Counted from the first letter of the stretch, positions 1 to 9,030 are shown. The stretch: DNA of 64,000 nucleotides from Candidatus Woesearchaeota archaeon (GCA_002687795.1 NZBG01000024.1:4250-68249), one strand, 5' to 3'. The notes: generated by a model not told the origin, from the sequence alone. Numbers and translations: made by a program.

Positions 1-306
1 CGAAGAAAACTTACATATTTTGCCTTTAGCAATCTCTTCAGCAACTGTTAAAGAAACTCTCCAATCCAATAACCCAAACTGTTTCTCTAATTCATGGATT
101 CTTTTGGAAACGCCGGAACCCTTAATCTGAGGGGCAATAGTAGAAATCAACCCTTCAACCCTTTCTGCCATATCCTTAGCGATAGGGATATTAACCTCGT
201 CCTCAGGGTCAAACCCTTTCTTCCTTGCCTCATTAGCAATCCTGTATGCTATGTTAATATCCTTATCAATCTTATTGAAGTAATTCTGGATATTGTTTGT
301 GATCAT
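1..306 (-). CDS. polC: DNA polymerase II (PolD) large subunit DP2, N-terminal fragment; gene continues past the left edge
   Basis: Absent from the ORF track because no stop lies inside the window. Own translation of the minus strand from ATG 306..304: MITNNIQNYFNKIDKDINIAYRIANEARKKGFDPEDEVNIPIAKDMAERVEGLISTIAPQIKGSG... This matches the conserved DP2 N-terminus (YF..I..E...AY.IA..AR.KG.DP...V.IP.A.DMA.RVE.L). It starts 7 nt after the DP1 stop. Confidence 0.8.
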   Translation of the reverse strand, partial: MITNNIQNYFNKIDKDINIAYRIANEARKKGFDPEDEVNIPIAKDMAERVEGLISTIAPQIKGSGVSKRIHELEKQFGLLDWRVSLTVAEEIAKGKICKFSS

Positions 307-312
307 TTTTAA

Positions 313-1785
313 TCAAAACCTCAGCACCTTAACCTCTCTTGTCTTTAAGTTAACAATAGGTACTCTGCATGGCTCAGGGTGATGGCCAACCTTCTCCTGG
401 AATGCAGTCTTTGACTGCCAACAGGAGCCGCAGATAAGGGTGATGTTCCTGTAATTTGAAACTGAAGACTTATGGATATGTCCTGTTACAAAGATATCCG
501 GAATGGAATCAATCACTAAAGGGTCCTTAAACTGCTCAGGGATATACAAGGTTGACGCATGGGTTGGTGCAAGATGCCTTTTTTGTAATAAAAATTTCAT
601 TATTAAGTCAGGCCTATCATAACCTCCTTTGTTTCTTATGTTCTCAACATTAGCAACAAAGTAATCAAAGGAATAACCATGGTAAAGCAATACATCAAAA
701 CCAGGGAAGCCTTCATAAGAGCCAATATTAACCTGTGCAGGGTTAGAAACCATTGTAACATTAGGCAGCTCCCATAAAGGCTTTGCAAAATCCTTGTACA
801 AAACTGGCTGAGGCTCTGCGATTCTCATAGAATCATGATTCCCTGGGCAGATTATCAGTTCTTTTTCCGGGGATATTTTTCTCAACAGTTCAGCACAGTA
901 ATGATACTGCTGGTGGATGTCTTTGATGGTTAATTCATCCTCCTGCCCAGGATAAATCCCCGCCCCATCAATAAGGTCTCCCACTATAAAAAGATATTTT
1001 ATCTTTGCGCTGAGCTCTCTCTGCTTTTCATCGCCCAGGTTGCCGTTGGTCCAGTTTACAAACCTAATGAACTCTTTTTCCATAAAATTGTTAGAGCCAA
1101 CATGCAGGTCAGATATAAAGACCGCATATTCCTCTTCCCTTGATTTTTTTAGTTCTTTGGTAAAAGGAACATCAGGAAATAAAATAGCATCCGCGAAAAT
1201 AAGCCCGTTGTTTATCGGTCCTGATAAGCCTATAACTTCATCTAAAACCAAACCTTTTGCTTTATTAACCAGTTCAGGTTTGTTTATGTGCGCACAAACC
1301 TTAACACATCCAGTGGGATCCTCTAATTCCATAATGACATTCCCGGTTTTTGTGATATTCTTCTCCTTTATTATCCCTATAATAGATACTTTCTCCCTCT
1401 CAGACTTATTCTGAAGCCTGTTTATAGAAACCAGGTTGGATAACTCAGCCCTGTTCTGCAGGATTGAGCTTAATGCACCATACCTCTTATTGAAATACGC
1501 GATAAAATCCTGGACCTTTCTTTTTCTGCTTTCCTCTTCATAGGAAAATAATATCTTTACCTTTTTATCCTCTTTTATTGCCTCAGTTTGCCCTCCCTGC
1601 TGGGCAAGCCTTAAATCCGAGAAAGTTTTAGAGTCAAGAAATAATAGCTTATTGTTTTCTTTGATGATATTATACAGGGATTCGAGCTCTTCTTTAGAGC
1701 TTATCTTATCTAAGACATCATCTGTTACAAGCAGGCCTTTGTCTAATAAGAATCCTATAATCTCTTGTTTAGTTTTCCTTTCCAT
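313..1785 (-). CDS. polB: DNA polymerase II (PolD) small subunit DP1
   Basis: 490-aa ORF with the calcineurin-like phosphoesterase motifs typical of archaeal DP1: FISDLHVGS, GDLIDGAGIYPGQ, PGNHD, GHIHK. Sits between cdc6 and DP2. Confidence 0.9.
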   Translation of the reverse strand: MERKTKQEIIGFLLDKGLLVTDDVLDKISSKEELESLYNIIKENNKLLFLDSKTFSDLRLAQQGGQTEAIKEDKKVKILFSYEEESRKRKVQDFIAYFNKRYGALSSILQNRAELSNLVSINRLQNKSEREKVSIIGIIKEKNITKTGNVIMELEDPTGCVKVCAHINKPELVNKAKGLVLDEVIGLSGPINNGLIFADAILFPDVPFTKELKKSREEEYAVFISDLHVGSNNFMEKEFIRFVNWTNGNLGDEKQRELSAKIKYLFIVGDLIDGAGIYPGQEDELTIKDIHQQYHYCAELLRKISPEKELIICPGNHDSMRIAEPQPVLYKDFAKPLWELPNVTMVSNPAQVNIGSYEGFPGFDVLLYHGYSFDYFVANVENIRNKGGYDRPDLIMKFLLQKRHLAPTHASTLYIPEQFKDPLVIDSIPDIFVTGHIHKSSVSNYRNITLICGSCWQSKTAFQEKVGHHPEPCRVPIVNLKTREVKVLRF

Positions 1786-1804
1786 TTTTTGTGTATATTC
1801 CGGC

Positions 1805-3013
1805 TTAGCTAAGGTTCAAAGACTGTTCAAGCAATGATATTATCTTAGGGAGCATAGAATCAGGGATGGACAAAGATATCTCTCTTGTCCTTCCATACCT
1901 TCCTTTAGAAATCACTTTCACATTCAGTATCCCAAACATATCAAGCTCAGCGATTATATCAGAGATTCTCCTTTGGGTTAAAGGCCTTAAGCTTGAATTT
2001 GAGCAATAACTCTTATAAACCTCATATACTTCCCCAGTAAAGATCACTCCTTTCTTCTTAAGATGCACCTTTATAGTGGCATACAACACCAACTGACATT
2101 GTAAAGGCTGTGTTTTTATTGTATCAAGAACCCTGTCCTTTTCTATCTTATCCTCAGCCTTGTCAAGATGCTTTATATTAACAGAAGGGGATATCTCCCT
2201 CTCAGCTATTTCCCCTGCTACTCTCATGAGCTCTATAGCCCTTCTGGCATCTCCATGCTCCCTTGCCGCATAAGCAGCACACTTTGCTATGACTCCCTGT
2301 TGAACAATCCCTTCCTTAAACGCTTTCACAAGCCTTTGGCTAAGTATATCCTGAATCTGCAGCGCATTATACGGCGGGAAGATGATTTCTTCTTCAGAAA
2401 GCGAACTCTTTACTCTTGGGTCAAGGTTATCTATGAACACCAGGTCGTTTGAAATCCCAATAAAAGACAGCTGGGAATTCTTAAGCTCTTCATTTATCCT
2501 GGTAAGGCTATACAATACTTCATCACCGCATTTCTTAACAAGTTGGTCAACCTCATCAAGTATTAGTATAATCAATTGTTTTTTGCTGTCAATAATATTA
2601 AAGAATGTTTTATACACCTCATCTGTTGGCAGGCCAGTTGTAGGGATATCCTGACCAAGATCTCTTATAAGCTGCGCTATCAGCCTGTATTCTGTATCAG
2701 CTACTCTTTTTAGTTTACAGTTAAGGTATAATATCTTTAGGGAGGTATTTAGCTTTTTTGATGTTTCAAGCAGCTGACTTGTGATATATTTAACAACCAG
2801 TGTTTTGCCTGAGCCTACCTTGCCATATATAAACACATTGGAAGGTTTCTGTTTTTTAAGGCTTGGCGCGAGAATCTCAGCTGTCTGGTCCATCTGCTCA
2901 TCCCTATGAGTAATATCTTCAGGAATATAATTCATCTGAAGCACCTTTTTGTCCTTAAATATGCTATCTCTTGCAAGAAAATTCTCAAAAAATTTTGATA
3001 TTCTTTTTGCCAT
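1805..3013 (-). CDS. cdc6: Orc1/Cdc6 replication initiator (AAA+ with winged helix)
   Basis: 402 aa. Walker A VFIYGKVGSGKT, Walker B LILDEVD, N-terminal YIPEDITHRDEQ signature of archaeal Orc1/Cdc6. C-terminal region is consistent with a winged helix. Confidence 0.9.
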   Translation of the reverse strand: MAKRISKFFENFLARDSIFKDKKVLQMNYIPEDITHRDEQMDQTAEILAPSLKKQKPSNVFIYGKVGSGKTLVVKYITSQLLETSKKLNTSLKILYLNCKLKRVADTEYRLIAQLIRDLGQDIPTTGLPTDEVYKTFFNIIDSKKQLIILILDEVDQLVKKCGDEVLYSLTRINEELKNSQLSFIGISNDLVFIDNLDPRVKSSLSEEEIIFPPYNALQIQDILSQRLVKAFKEGIVQQGVIAKCAAYAAREHGDARRAIELMRVAGEIAEREISPSVNIKHLDKAEDKIEKDRVLDTIKTQPLQCQLVLYATIKVHLKKKGVIFTGEVYEVYKSYCSNSSLRPLTQRRISDIIAELDMFGILNVKVISKGRYGRTREISLSIPDSMLPKIISLLEQSLNLS

Positions 3014-3068
3014 ATGAAAAAAAATGTTGAAAAATATATATAAGTCTTATTGTATTTCAATATACATA

Positions 3069-3090
3069 CCCCTTCATTTCTTTTGGAGAA
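3069..3090 (-). promoter_or_regulatory. ORB-like box, left of the A/T block (reads on minus strand)
   Basis: Plus strand ccccttcatttcttttggagaa. Reverse complement TTCTCCAAAAGAAATGAAGGGG shares the form TTC.C...GAA..GAAGGGG with the two boxes on the right. Confidence 0.45.
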
Positions 3091-3120
3091 TATAATCGGA
3101 CGTTGTGTTTTTCTTTTATT

Positions 3121-3200
3121 TCTTTTCTATATAGAAAATAAATATATATTATATTATATATAATAATTTAATAATAATAAAATAAATAATAAATAAAAAG
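3121..3200. other. A/T-rich duplex unwinding element candidate
   Basis: About 80 nt of nearly uninterrupted A/T (…atagaaaataaatatatattatattatatataataatttaataataataaaataaataataaataaaaag). Confidence 0.55.
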
Positions 3201-3202
3201 AA

Positions 3203-3229
3203 TTCCCTCGTAGAACGTCATGAAAGGGG
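3203..3229 (+). promoter_or_regulatory. ORB-like box, right of the A/T block
   Basis: ttccctcgtagaacgtcatgaaagggg. Its ATGAAAGGGG end mirrors ATGAAGGGG of the left box in inverted orientation. Confidence 0.4.
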
Positions 3230-3299
3230 CAGTGCCTTTGAACAAAAGAAGGAAAAATATCAAATAAAAACATACTTTTTCCAGCAAAAACCCAGCAAA

Positions 3300-3320
3300 T
3301 TTCCATAGGAAGTCAAGGGG
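3300..3320 (+). promoter_or_regulatory. ORB-like box (short dyad plus G-string)
   Basis: tTTCCATAGGAAgtcaaGGGG. The dyad TTCC-ata-GGAA followed by a G-run resembles the archaeal ORB/mini-ORB layout. Confidence 0.45.
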
Positions 3321-3387
3321 TGTCTATAACCTAAAAATACGTGCCCAAATCCCTTTCCCATCGGATAGTGGTAACAAAACCAAAAAG

Positions 3388-3395
3388 TTTATAAA
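3388..3395 (+). promoter_or_regulatory. TATA box candidate for the TrmB-like gene
   Basis: tttataaa starts about 35 nt upstream of ATG 3423 with no SD between them. Consistent with a leaderless or short-leader mRNA. Confidence 0.45.
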
Positions 3396-3422
3396 CAGTA
3401 AAGCGTTTTTCTAAGTAATAGA

Positions 3423-4208
3423 ATGATAATCGATAAGGCGTTTTTAAGCAGGTTAAAGGACTTTGGCCTTAACAGCTATGAGTGCAAATTATGGACAGCA
3501 CTCTTGTCTAGAGGAATTTCTACTGCAGGCGAGTTGTCTGAGATAGCAAATGTGCCAAGGTCAAGAAGTTATGATGTTCTTGAAAGCCTGGAAAAGAAGG
3601 GATTTATAATTATGAAGTTAGGCAAACCAATAAAATATATTGCTGTGAAGCCGGAAGAGGTAATAGAAAGGGTAAAGAAGAATGTTGAGAAACAGGCAAG
3701 TGAAAACATAAGCCTGATTGATAACATAAGGTCCACAAACTTGGTTAAAGAATTAACAACTTTATACAGCCAGGGAATAGAGAAAGTTGATCCAATGGAT
3801 TTCTCAGGCTCCTTTAAGAGCAGGGACAGTATTTATAGCCATATGGAAACAATGATTAAGAATGCAAACAAATCAATTATAATTAATACATCAGAGGCAG
3901 GTTTAAAGAGAAAATTAAGGGCATTTTCAAGGCTGCTTGAGAAAGCAAACAAGAAAGGTATTGGGATAAGAGTAGGGGTTAAGTCTAATGATATTAAAAT
4001 TAATGTTCCAAAACATATAGAATTAAGAAAAAGCAATATCAATGCAAGATTTTGCATAGTTGACGGCAAAGAATTCATTTTTATGTTATCAGATGATAAA
4101 GAGATAAACCCTGGAAATGATGTGGGTGTTTGGGTTAATACAAGCTTCTTTGCATCAGCTGTCCAAGATTTCTTTGAGAATGAATGGAAGAAGATGGGAA
4201 AGATTTAG
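3423..4208 (+). CDS. TrmB-family transcriptional regulator
   Basis: 261 aa. N-terminal wHTH typical of TrmB: LKDFGLNSYECKLWTALLSRGISTAGELSEIANVPRSRSYDVLESLEKKGFI. Confidence 0.75.
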   Translation: MIIDKAFLSRLKDFGLNSYECKLWTALLSRGISTAGELSEIANVPRSRSYDVLESLEKKGFIIMKLGKPIKYIAVKPEEVIERVKKNVEKQASENISLIDNIRSTNLVKELTTLYSQGIEKVDPMDFSGSFKSRDSIYSHMETMIKNANKSIIINTSEAGLKRKLRAFSRLLEKANKKGIGIRVGVKSNDIKINVPKHIELRKSNINARFCIVDGKEFIFMLSDDKEINPGNDVGVWVNTSFFASAVQDFFENEWKKMGKI

Positions 4209-4221
4209 TCTTCTTTATTTT

Positions 4222-5388
4222 TTAAACATTATAATAATCATCTAAAACAATAACCTCCAGTTCTTCTAACTTTTTTGCAATATATAATCTGCCATTTCCA
4301 AGCTCAACAATCTTCCCGGCGAGCTCTTTTCCTTTGTCATTAAGGTTTATTCCCACTAAAGAAATAGTTATCTGATTATTTCTTGCTTTCTCAACAGCTT
4401 CAAGGGTTTCTTTTTCAGGTTCTTTCCCAATGGTTGGCAGGGCATCGGTTATAAGCATTAAATGTTTTGCAGCTGCTTTATCCCTAAACATAACTACAGA
4501 ACTTTCAATTGTAGCTTTAATGTCTGTTTCATTCAATGCCCTGATCTTAGCAACCTCAAATAATAGCTTCAGAAAATCGTTTGTGGGGTTTACAACAGAT
4601 TTGATGGTAGAGCTGAAAACAACCAATCCAACCTTATCCTTATTTTCAATTGCCTTAAACGCTAATGCAATGCCAGCCTTTTTACACATCTCTATCTTTT
4701 TGCCTTTCATAGAGCCTGAAGCATCAAGAGCATAAACAATGTCAGTTTTTCCCTTTGTCTTTCTCTTATAGCCTTTGATATCATCCGCTGTTAATATCTT
4801 ATGGTTTCTTCTTATGGCAAGCTTAAGGCTTTTTCTGATAGCAATATCCCTATACCTAATACCTTTCTTATAGCCTTCTATGTTATCCTTGTCTCCATAA
4901 ACGAAATCTTTCTCATGTTTCTTATCACCTGAACCGGATGGCTTGAATTTATTAAGCTCTTCAAACAATAATATCACAGAAGCAAGCTCAAGGCCTTTTT
5001 GGGTTATATTAGAGTCTTTAATCAGCCCCTCTTCGTTTAATTTATCAATATTATCTTTAACATTGTTCTTTATCTCCCTTTGGAATTCAGGCAGCACAAT
5101 ATTCTTTGATACATAATCAGGGTTGTAGTTTGAAAGAAACCTTATCATGGAATCTCCATAAATCTGTTTTGCTAAAGAGAAATTTTTTATAAGACTTTCC
5201 GCAATATCCCCAGGTATAAAGCTAATGCCCTGATTGATTGCCTGGTTCAGTAATGATCCCTTGCCTATTGTTTCTTTATTTCCCTTGAGAATTTCATCAG
5301 TTATATTCTTATCCAGCTTGTCAAGAATACCTTTCAGATAGCCCTTTTCTTCTTTTAATTCTTTTTGCTTTATGCTACGGGCAACCAC
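4222..5388 (-). CDS. von Willebrand factor A (VWA) domain protein, ChlD-like partner of the upstream ATPase
   Basis: 388 aa. VWA MIDAS start DIVYALDASGSMKG in the C-terminal half. Its start overlaps the ATPase stop by 14 nt. Confidence 0.75.
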   Translation of the reverse strand: MVARSIKQKELKEEKGYLKGILDKLDKNITDEILKGNKETIGKGSLLNQAINQGISFIPGDIAESLIKNFSLAKQIYGDSMIRFLSNYNPDYVSKNIVLPEFQREIKNNVKDNIDKLNEEGLIKDSNITQKGLELASVILLFEELNKFKPSGSGDKKHEKDFVYGDKDNIEGYKKGIRYRDIAIRKSLKLAIRRNHKILTADDIKGYKRKTKGKTDIVYALDASGSMKGKKIEMCKKAGIALAFKAIENKDKVGLVVFSSTIKSVVNPTNDFLKLLFEVAKIRALNETDIKATIESSVVMFRDKAAAKHLMLITDALPTIGKEPEKETLEAVEKARNNQITISLVGINLNDKGKELAGKIVELGNGRLYIAKKLEELEVIVLDDYYNV

Positions 5389-6391
5389 CCGATTTTTTAT
5401 TATCTTTCAGGAATTGTTTGAACTCTTCCTTAAGGAAATCCTTTGGGGTTTGCAGGAATTTAGTTGAGGGCTTTAATCTTATTCTATGCTCAAGAACAGA
5501 TCTGATTGCTTCTTTTATATCTTCTAAGCTAACAGAGGCCTTGTTTTTTAATAATGCGTTTGCCTGCGCCCTTTCATATAATTGGATAGACGCCCTGACA
5601 GACGGTTTTTTCTCAATATTTTCATTTTCCCTTAATGATCTCACAAACAGAATCATTGATTCTAACAGATTTTCAGGGAAATCGGTTAGGCTTTTACCTT
5701 TCAGCTTTAAAATTTCTTTTTCAGTCTCTTTGTTTTCCGGATAATTCATATAAACTATATCAAACCTGTCAAGGAACACATCGCTTAGCTTTTCAGTGCT
5801 ACTATCCTCAGGGTTCATTGTGGCTATAAGGATAAAGTTAGAAGGGATGTCGACATCATAGCTGCCAATGGTAATCTTTCCTTCTTCTAATACCTGTAGT
5901 AAAGCGTTTTGCAGCTTTTCAGGGCATCTATTGATCTCATCAAAGAATAAAATGCCACGATTAGCCTTGAAAACCTTGCCTGGTGTGAACGACTTAGCAT
6001 CCAATGGCCCGAATTTCAAAGCTTTGATAGGGTCTATATCGCCTATTAAGTCTTCAACAGTTAAATCAGGAGAGCCCTGGATCCTCACAAACCTCTGGAC
6101 TCCCTTTATCTTGCCTTTGTTTAACGGCTTCCTTGTTTTGCATTCAGGGCAGATAATATCTTCTGGATCACAGTTAAATGAGCAGTCTTTGATTACTTCG
6201 ATTTCTGGCAAGACCTTTGCTATATTCTTTGCTAATGTTGTCTTGCCAATGCCAGGAGCTCCTGCTAAGATGATATGATGGCTGCTGAGCAAGGCAGACT
6301 TAATGCCTTGTTTTACCTTGTCCTGTCCTAATATATCTGTAAAAGACTCCTTCTGGTTTTGGAACAGGCTCTTTAATTGGTTGGATAACAT
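5375..6391 (-). CDS. AAA+ ATPase of the ChlI/BchI (Mg-chelatase subunit I-like) / MoxR group
   Basis: 338 aa. Walker A LAGAPGIGKTTLAKN, Cys insert CSFNCDPEDIICPECK as in ChlI, Walker B GILFFDEINR, sensor region LIATMNPED...LDRFD. Confidence 0.8.
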   Translation of the reverse strand: MLSNQLKSLFQNQKESFTDILGQDKVKQGIKSALLSSHHIILAGAPGIGKTTLAKNIAKVLPEIEVIKDCSFNCDPEDIICPECKTRKPLNKGKIKGVQRFVRIQGSPDLTVEDLIGDIDPIKALKFGPLDAKSFTPGKVFKANRGILFFDEINRCPEKLQNALLQVLEEGKITIGSYDVDIPSNFILIATMNPEDSSTEKLSDVFLDRFDIVYMNYPENKETEKEILKLKGKSLTDFPENLLESMILFVRSLRENENIEKKPSVRASIQLYERAQANALLKNKASVSLEDIKEAIRSVLEHRIRLKPSTKFLQTPKDFLKEEFKQFLKDNKKSGGCP

Positions 6392-6532
6392 TCTAAGCCT
6401 TAAAAATGAAGGGCGGCTTATAAATTTAATTAAAAAAGCTTTAAAAGGACAGAAGAAGGGGTTTATACAGTTTTAAGTCTAAAATTTCAATAGATTTATA
6501 AATAGTTTTGTATTTTGGAGGTTTATATACTA

Positions 6533-6805
6533 ATGATTATTATATACCTAATTATGAAAAATCTATCAAAAGAGCTAAAATTTGGATTTTTAGACAAGAT
6601 AAAGCTATATTCCACAATAGCTGGTTATGGCTTAAAAAGCCTTTTTGGCGGTTATAGGCCAAAAAAGAGTCATTTGGCGCTATTGGGTATTCTAGCAGCT
6701 GGAGCCGCATTTAGCCAAGAAGATGACTATCAGACAAGGATTCAGCAGGAATTAGGTTATAGATATATGCTTTTTTTAATGATTCTGGTGATAAAGCAAC
6801 ATTAA
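6533..6805 (+). CDS. Signal-anchor fragment, probably the displaced 5' part of the following ORF
   Basis: ggagg lies 12 nt upstream of ATG 6533. A hydrophobic stretch LALLGILAAGAAFSQ follows. The frame ends shortly after a T7 run (6771-6777), and one extra T there would join it to the 6907 ORF frame, which is open from 6763. Confidence 0.4.
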   Translation: MIIIYLIMKNLSKELKFGFLDKIKLYSTIAGYGLKSLFGGYRPKKSHLALLGILAAGAAFSQEDDYQTRIQQELGYRYMLFLMILVIKQH

Positions 6806-6906
6806 ACGTAGGAAATCAAGAAGGAGAGCTTGAATTTATAGATGCAGACAAATACCTTGATAATAATTGGGAACCAGTTACAGCAGAAAAGGATGGAGAT
6901 CCAGAT

Positions 6907-8250
6907 ATGGTTAAAATTAATGGTAGAGCTGCTGTTGAAGGTGAAAAATTAGCTCAAACCTCATATCCTCAAAAGTATGATGATGCTCTATCTAGAATCT
7001 GTGAAATAGCTTTAAGAGAAGGAAGAAGCTCCATTAAAAGGATTGTAAAAGAAATAATTGAAGAAAGAATAAGAGGAGATAATGGTTATGGTTCGGAAAG
7101 CGAAGGTGAAATTACTGTTTATCCATTAAAAGTAACAAGCTTTACTGATTTTAGGAAAAAGTTTGTTGAAGATTTTCTTGAAATTGAAAGATATCCTATT
7201 GAAGATCTTGATTTAGTAAGAATGTCTCTTATGACAGATAAATATGGGGAATCAAGGAAATTTTTTAGAGGATCTGAAAGAGTAATATCAATTAAAGATA
7301 AAGAAAGGAACTTATCATTTGAAATCATATATGACTTAGGTGGAACTGAAACAAATCCTTTTGCAACAGTATGGAACATTCACTCAGTAAGTTTTGGGTT
7401 AGGAGAGCGTTTATTAAGCATTTATTCTGAAGATCCCAAAGGGAAACTTGAAAAGACTGCAAAGGGGTTGCTTGAAAGTGTGCTATACTCTCTTAATCAA
7501 TATGCACTTGAATCTCAGCAAGGTGGCATAGATGAAATATCTGGATTAATGAAAGATTATATGGAAAAGTTAAACAGTACTGTATTTAGTTTAGCTGATA
7601 TGATAGAAACTACATCATATAATCTTTATGGTTGGTCAGTAATGCGTATAGATGAAGATTATGTTGTTGGTGATGAAGAATTTGTTGTAAACAATGAAGA
7701 TGAAGAATATGTTGTTGGTAGTTTCAAAGGAAGTGAAGAATTAAAGATCACACTAGGAGATTATACAATACATATTGTAGAAGATAATTACGAGAGTTCT
7801 GATGGTAATACAATAGGTCATGGAGGACCTCTTAATGTAAGATTAACAGAGGTTAATGTAAGATTAACAGAGGTTAATGTAAGAAAAACTAATGGTGGAA
7901 GAGAAGAATACCATCTATTTTTCGTTGGTAGCCAAAATATTGATGAATATCTGCCAGTTGCATATGAGTTTTTTACTCAGGCAAGAGATGAATTGTATGA
8001 GGCTATAAGACGTTGTAAAGCACTTGGTGAAGGTGATGTATCTAAGAAAAGATCATATGGTGAAACAGAAACTGTTATAGAATCAGATGATTATACTTTA
8101 ACAGCAGAAAATGAAGTTTATCCTGTAAAGCCTTTGAGGAGAACATCTATAGATGTTAAAAAGACAAGCGAAGATTGGATAACTATAAGAATAAGTGCTC
8201 AATATACAGAAGATCATCCAGTAAGGCATTTAGAAAGAGCGTTTAGATAA
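6907..8250 (+). CDS. Hypothetical protein, no domain recognised (true start may lie upstream, see frameshift note)
   Basis: 447-aa ORF with acidic patches (EDYVVGDEEFVVNNEDEEYVVG) and an internal perfect tandem duplication. Confidence 0.55.
   Translation: MVKINGRAAVEGEKLAQTSYPQKYDDALSRICEIALREGRSSIKRIVKEIIEERIRGDNGYGSESEGEITVYPLKVTSFTDFRKKFVEDFLEIERYPIEDLDLVRMSLMTDKYGESRKFFRGSERVISIKDKERNLSFEIIYDLGGTETNPFATVWNIHSVSFGLGERLLSIYSEDPKGKLEKTAKGLLESVLYSLNQYALESQQGGIDEISGLMKDYMEKLNSTVFSLADMIETTSYNLYGWSVMRIDEDYVVGDEEFVVNNEDEEYVVGSFKGSEELKITLGDYTIHIVEDNYESSDGNTIGHGGPLNVRLTEVNVRLTEVNVRKTNGGREEYHLFFVGSQNIDEYLPVAYEFFTQARDELYEAIRRCKALGEGDVSKKRSYGETETVIESDDYTLTAENEVYPVKPLRRTSIDVKKTSEDWITIRISAQYTEDHPVRHLERAFR
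7832..7884 (+). repeat. 21-bp in-frame tandem repeat, about 2.5 copies
   Basis: ttaatgtaagattaacagagg occurs twice perfectly, followed by ttaatgtaaga. Encodes LNVRLTEVNVRLTEVNVRK. Confidence 0.95.
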
Positions 8251-8274
8251 ATAATACTTTCTTTTTCTGGTTAT

Positions 8275-9021
8275 TTACTTACTATTTCTTATCTTCATCT
8301 TCAACCCAGGATATTCTTTTAAACAGAATTCCTTTAAGTTTTCAAGGAACTTCTGAGATGCTGGCTGTATATTCTCCATGTTTTTGTCAACCAGTTCTTT
8401 TTCATTCTCAAACTGCTGAAGAACCCAGATACAATTCAACCCATCTATTAACCCAGCCATCTCAAGCAAATCTTCTTTCTTATATACTAAAGAAGGTACA
8501 ATCACAGTTTTGATTTCTATTTCAACATGATATTTCTTCAACACATTAATGGTTTCTTTTATACCATTCATTATTTCTTCTGTTTTAGTGAAGAACGTCT
8601 TTGAATTTGTAATCCTGGAGAATAGGTCATTGCTAAAAGGAGACTTAAAGTCAAGAGAAATGAAATCCAATAATTCCAGAGAAAGAAGCTCTCTTATCAC
8701 ATTAGGCTTTGAGCCGTTTGTGTCAAGGCCTGTCTTAATTCCCTTGCTTTTGAAATGTTTCGCCAGAGTTATTAAAGCCATCCTCTGCAGGCATGGCTCT
8801 CCCCCAGAGAATATCACAGATTCTATCATGTCTTCATGCTTTTTTATTTCATTGGTTATTATTTTCAGGTCTGTCAAGAATTTCTGTTTGGATTCAAGCA
8901 TCTCAGGATTATAGCAATATTTACATCTAAAGTCACAACCTCCAAAAAAGATAATTGAGCTTAGTTTGCCATACCATTTCGATGTGGATAAGGGCACTAT
9001 CCCACTTATGAATGCTTGCAT
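8275..9021 (-). CDS. Radical SAM activating enzyme (anaerobic ribonucleotide reductase activase / PflA-like)
   Basis: 248 aa. N-terminus ISGIVPLSTSKWYGKLSSIIFFGGCDFRCKYCYNPE carries CX3CX2C. A SGGEPCLQ glycine-rich SAM motif is also present. Confidence 0.7.
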   Translation of the reverse strand: MQAFISGIVPLSTSKWYGKLSSIIFFGGCDFRCKYCYNPEMLESKQKFLTDLKIITNEIKKHEDMIESVIFSGGEPCLQRMALITLAKHFKSKGIKTGLDTNGSKPNVIRELLSLELLDFISLDFKSPFSNDLFSRITNSKTFFTKTEEIMNGIKETINVLKKYHVEIEIKTVIVPSLVYKKEDLLEMAGLIDGLNCIWVLQQFENEKELVDKNMENIQPASQKFLENLKEFCLKEYPGLKMKIRNSK

Positions 9022-9030
9022 TTATATCAT

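Larger units (their letters stand above)
3014..3422. other. Candidate chromosomal replication origin (oriC)
   Basis: Largest non-coding gap in the window, directly upstream of cdc6. It contains an almost pure A/T block flanked by inverted G-string (ORB-like) boxes. Confidence 0.55.

Noticed and set aside
94-312. 72-aa plus-strand ORF at the left edge
   Set aside because: It is antisense to a much better supported minus-strand reading frame, the conserved N-terminus of PolD DP2, and has no motif of its own.
5375-6391. Interpreting the ChlI-like ATPase as evidence of (bacterio)chlorophyll or cobalamin chelation
   Set aside because: No large chelatase subunit and no tetrapyrrole genes occur nearby. 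ChlI/VWA pairs are common outside that pathway.
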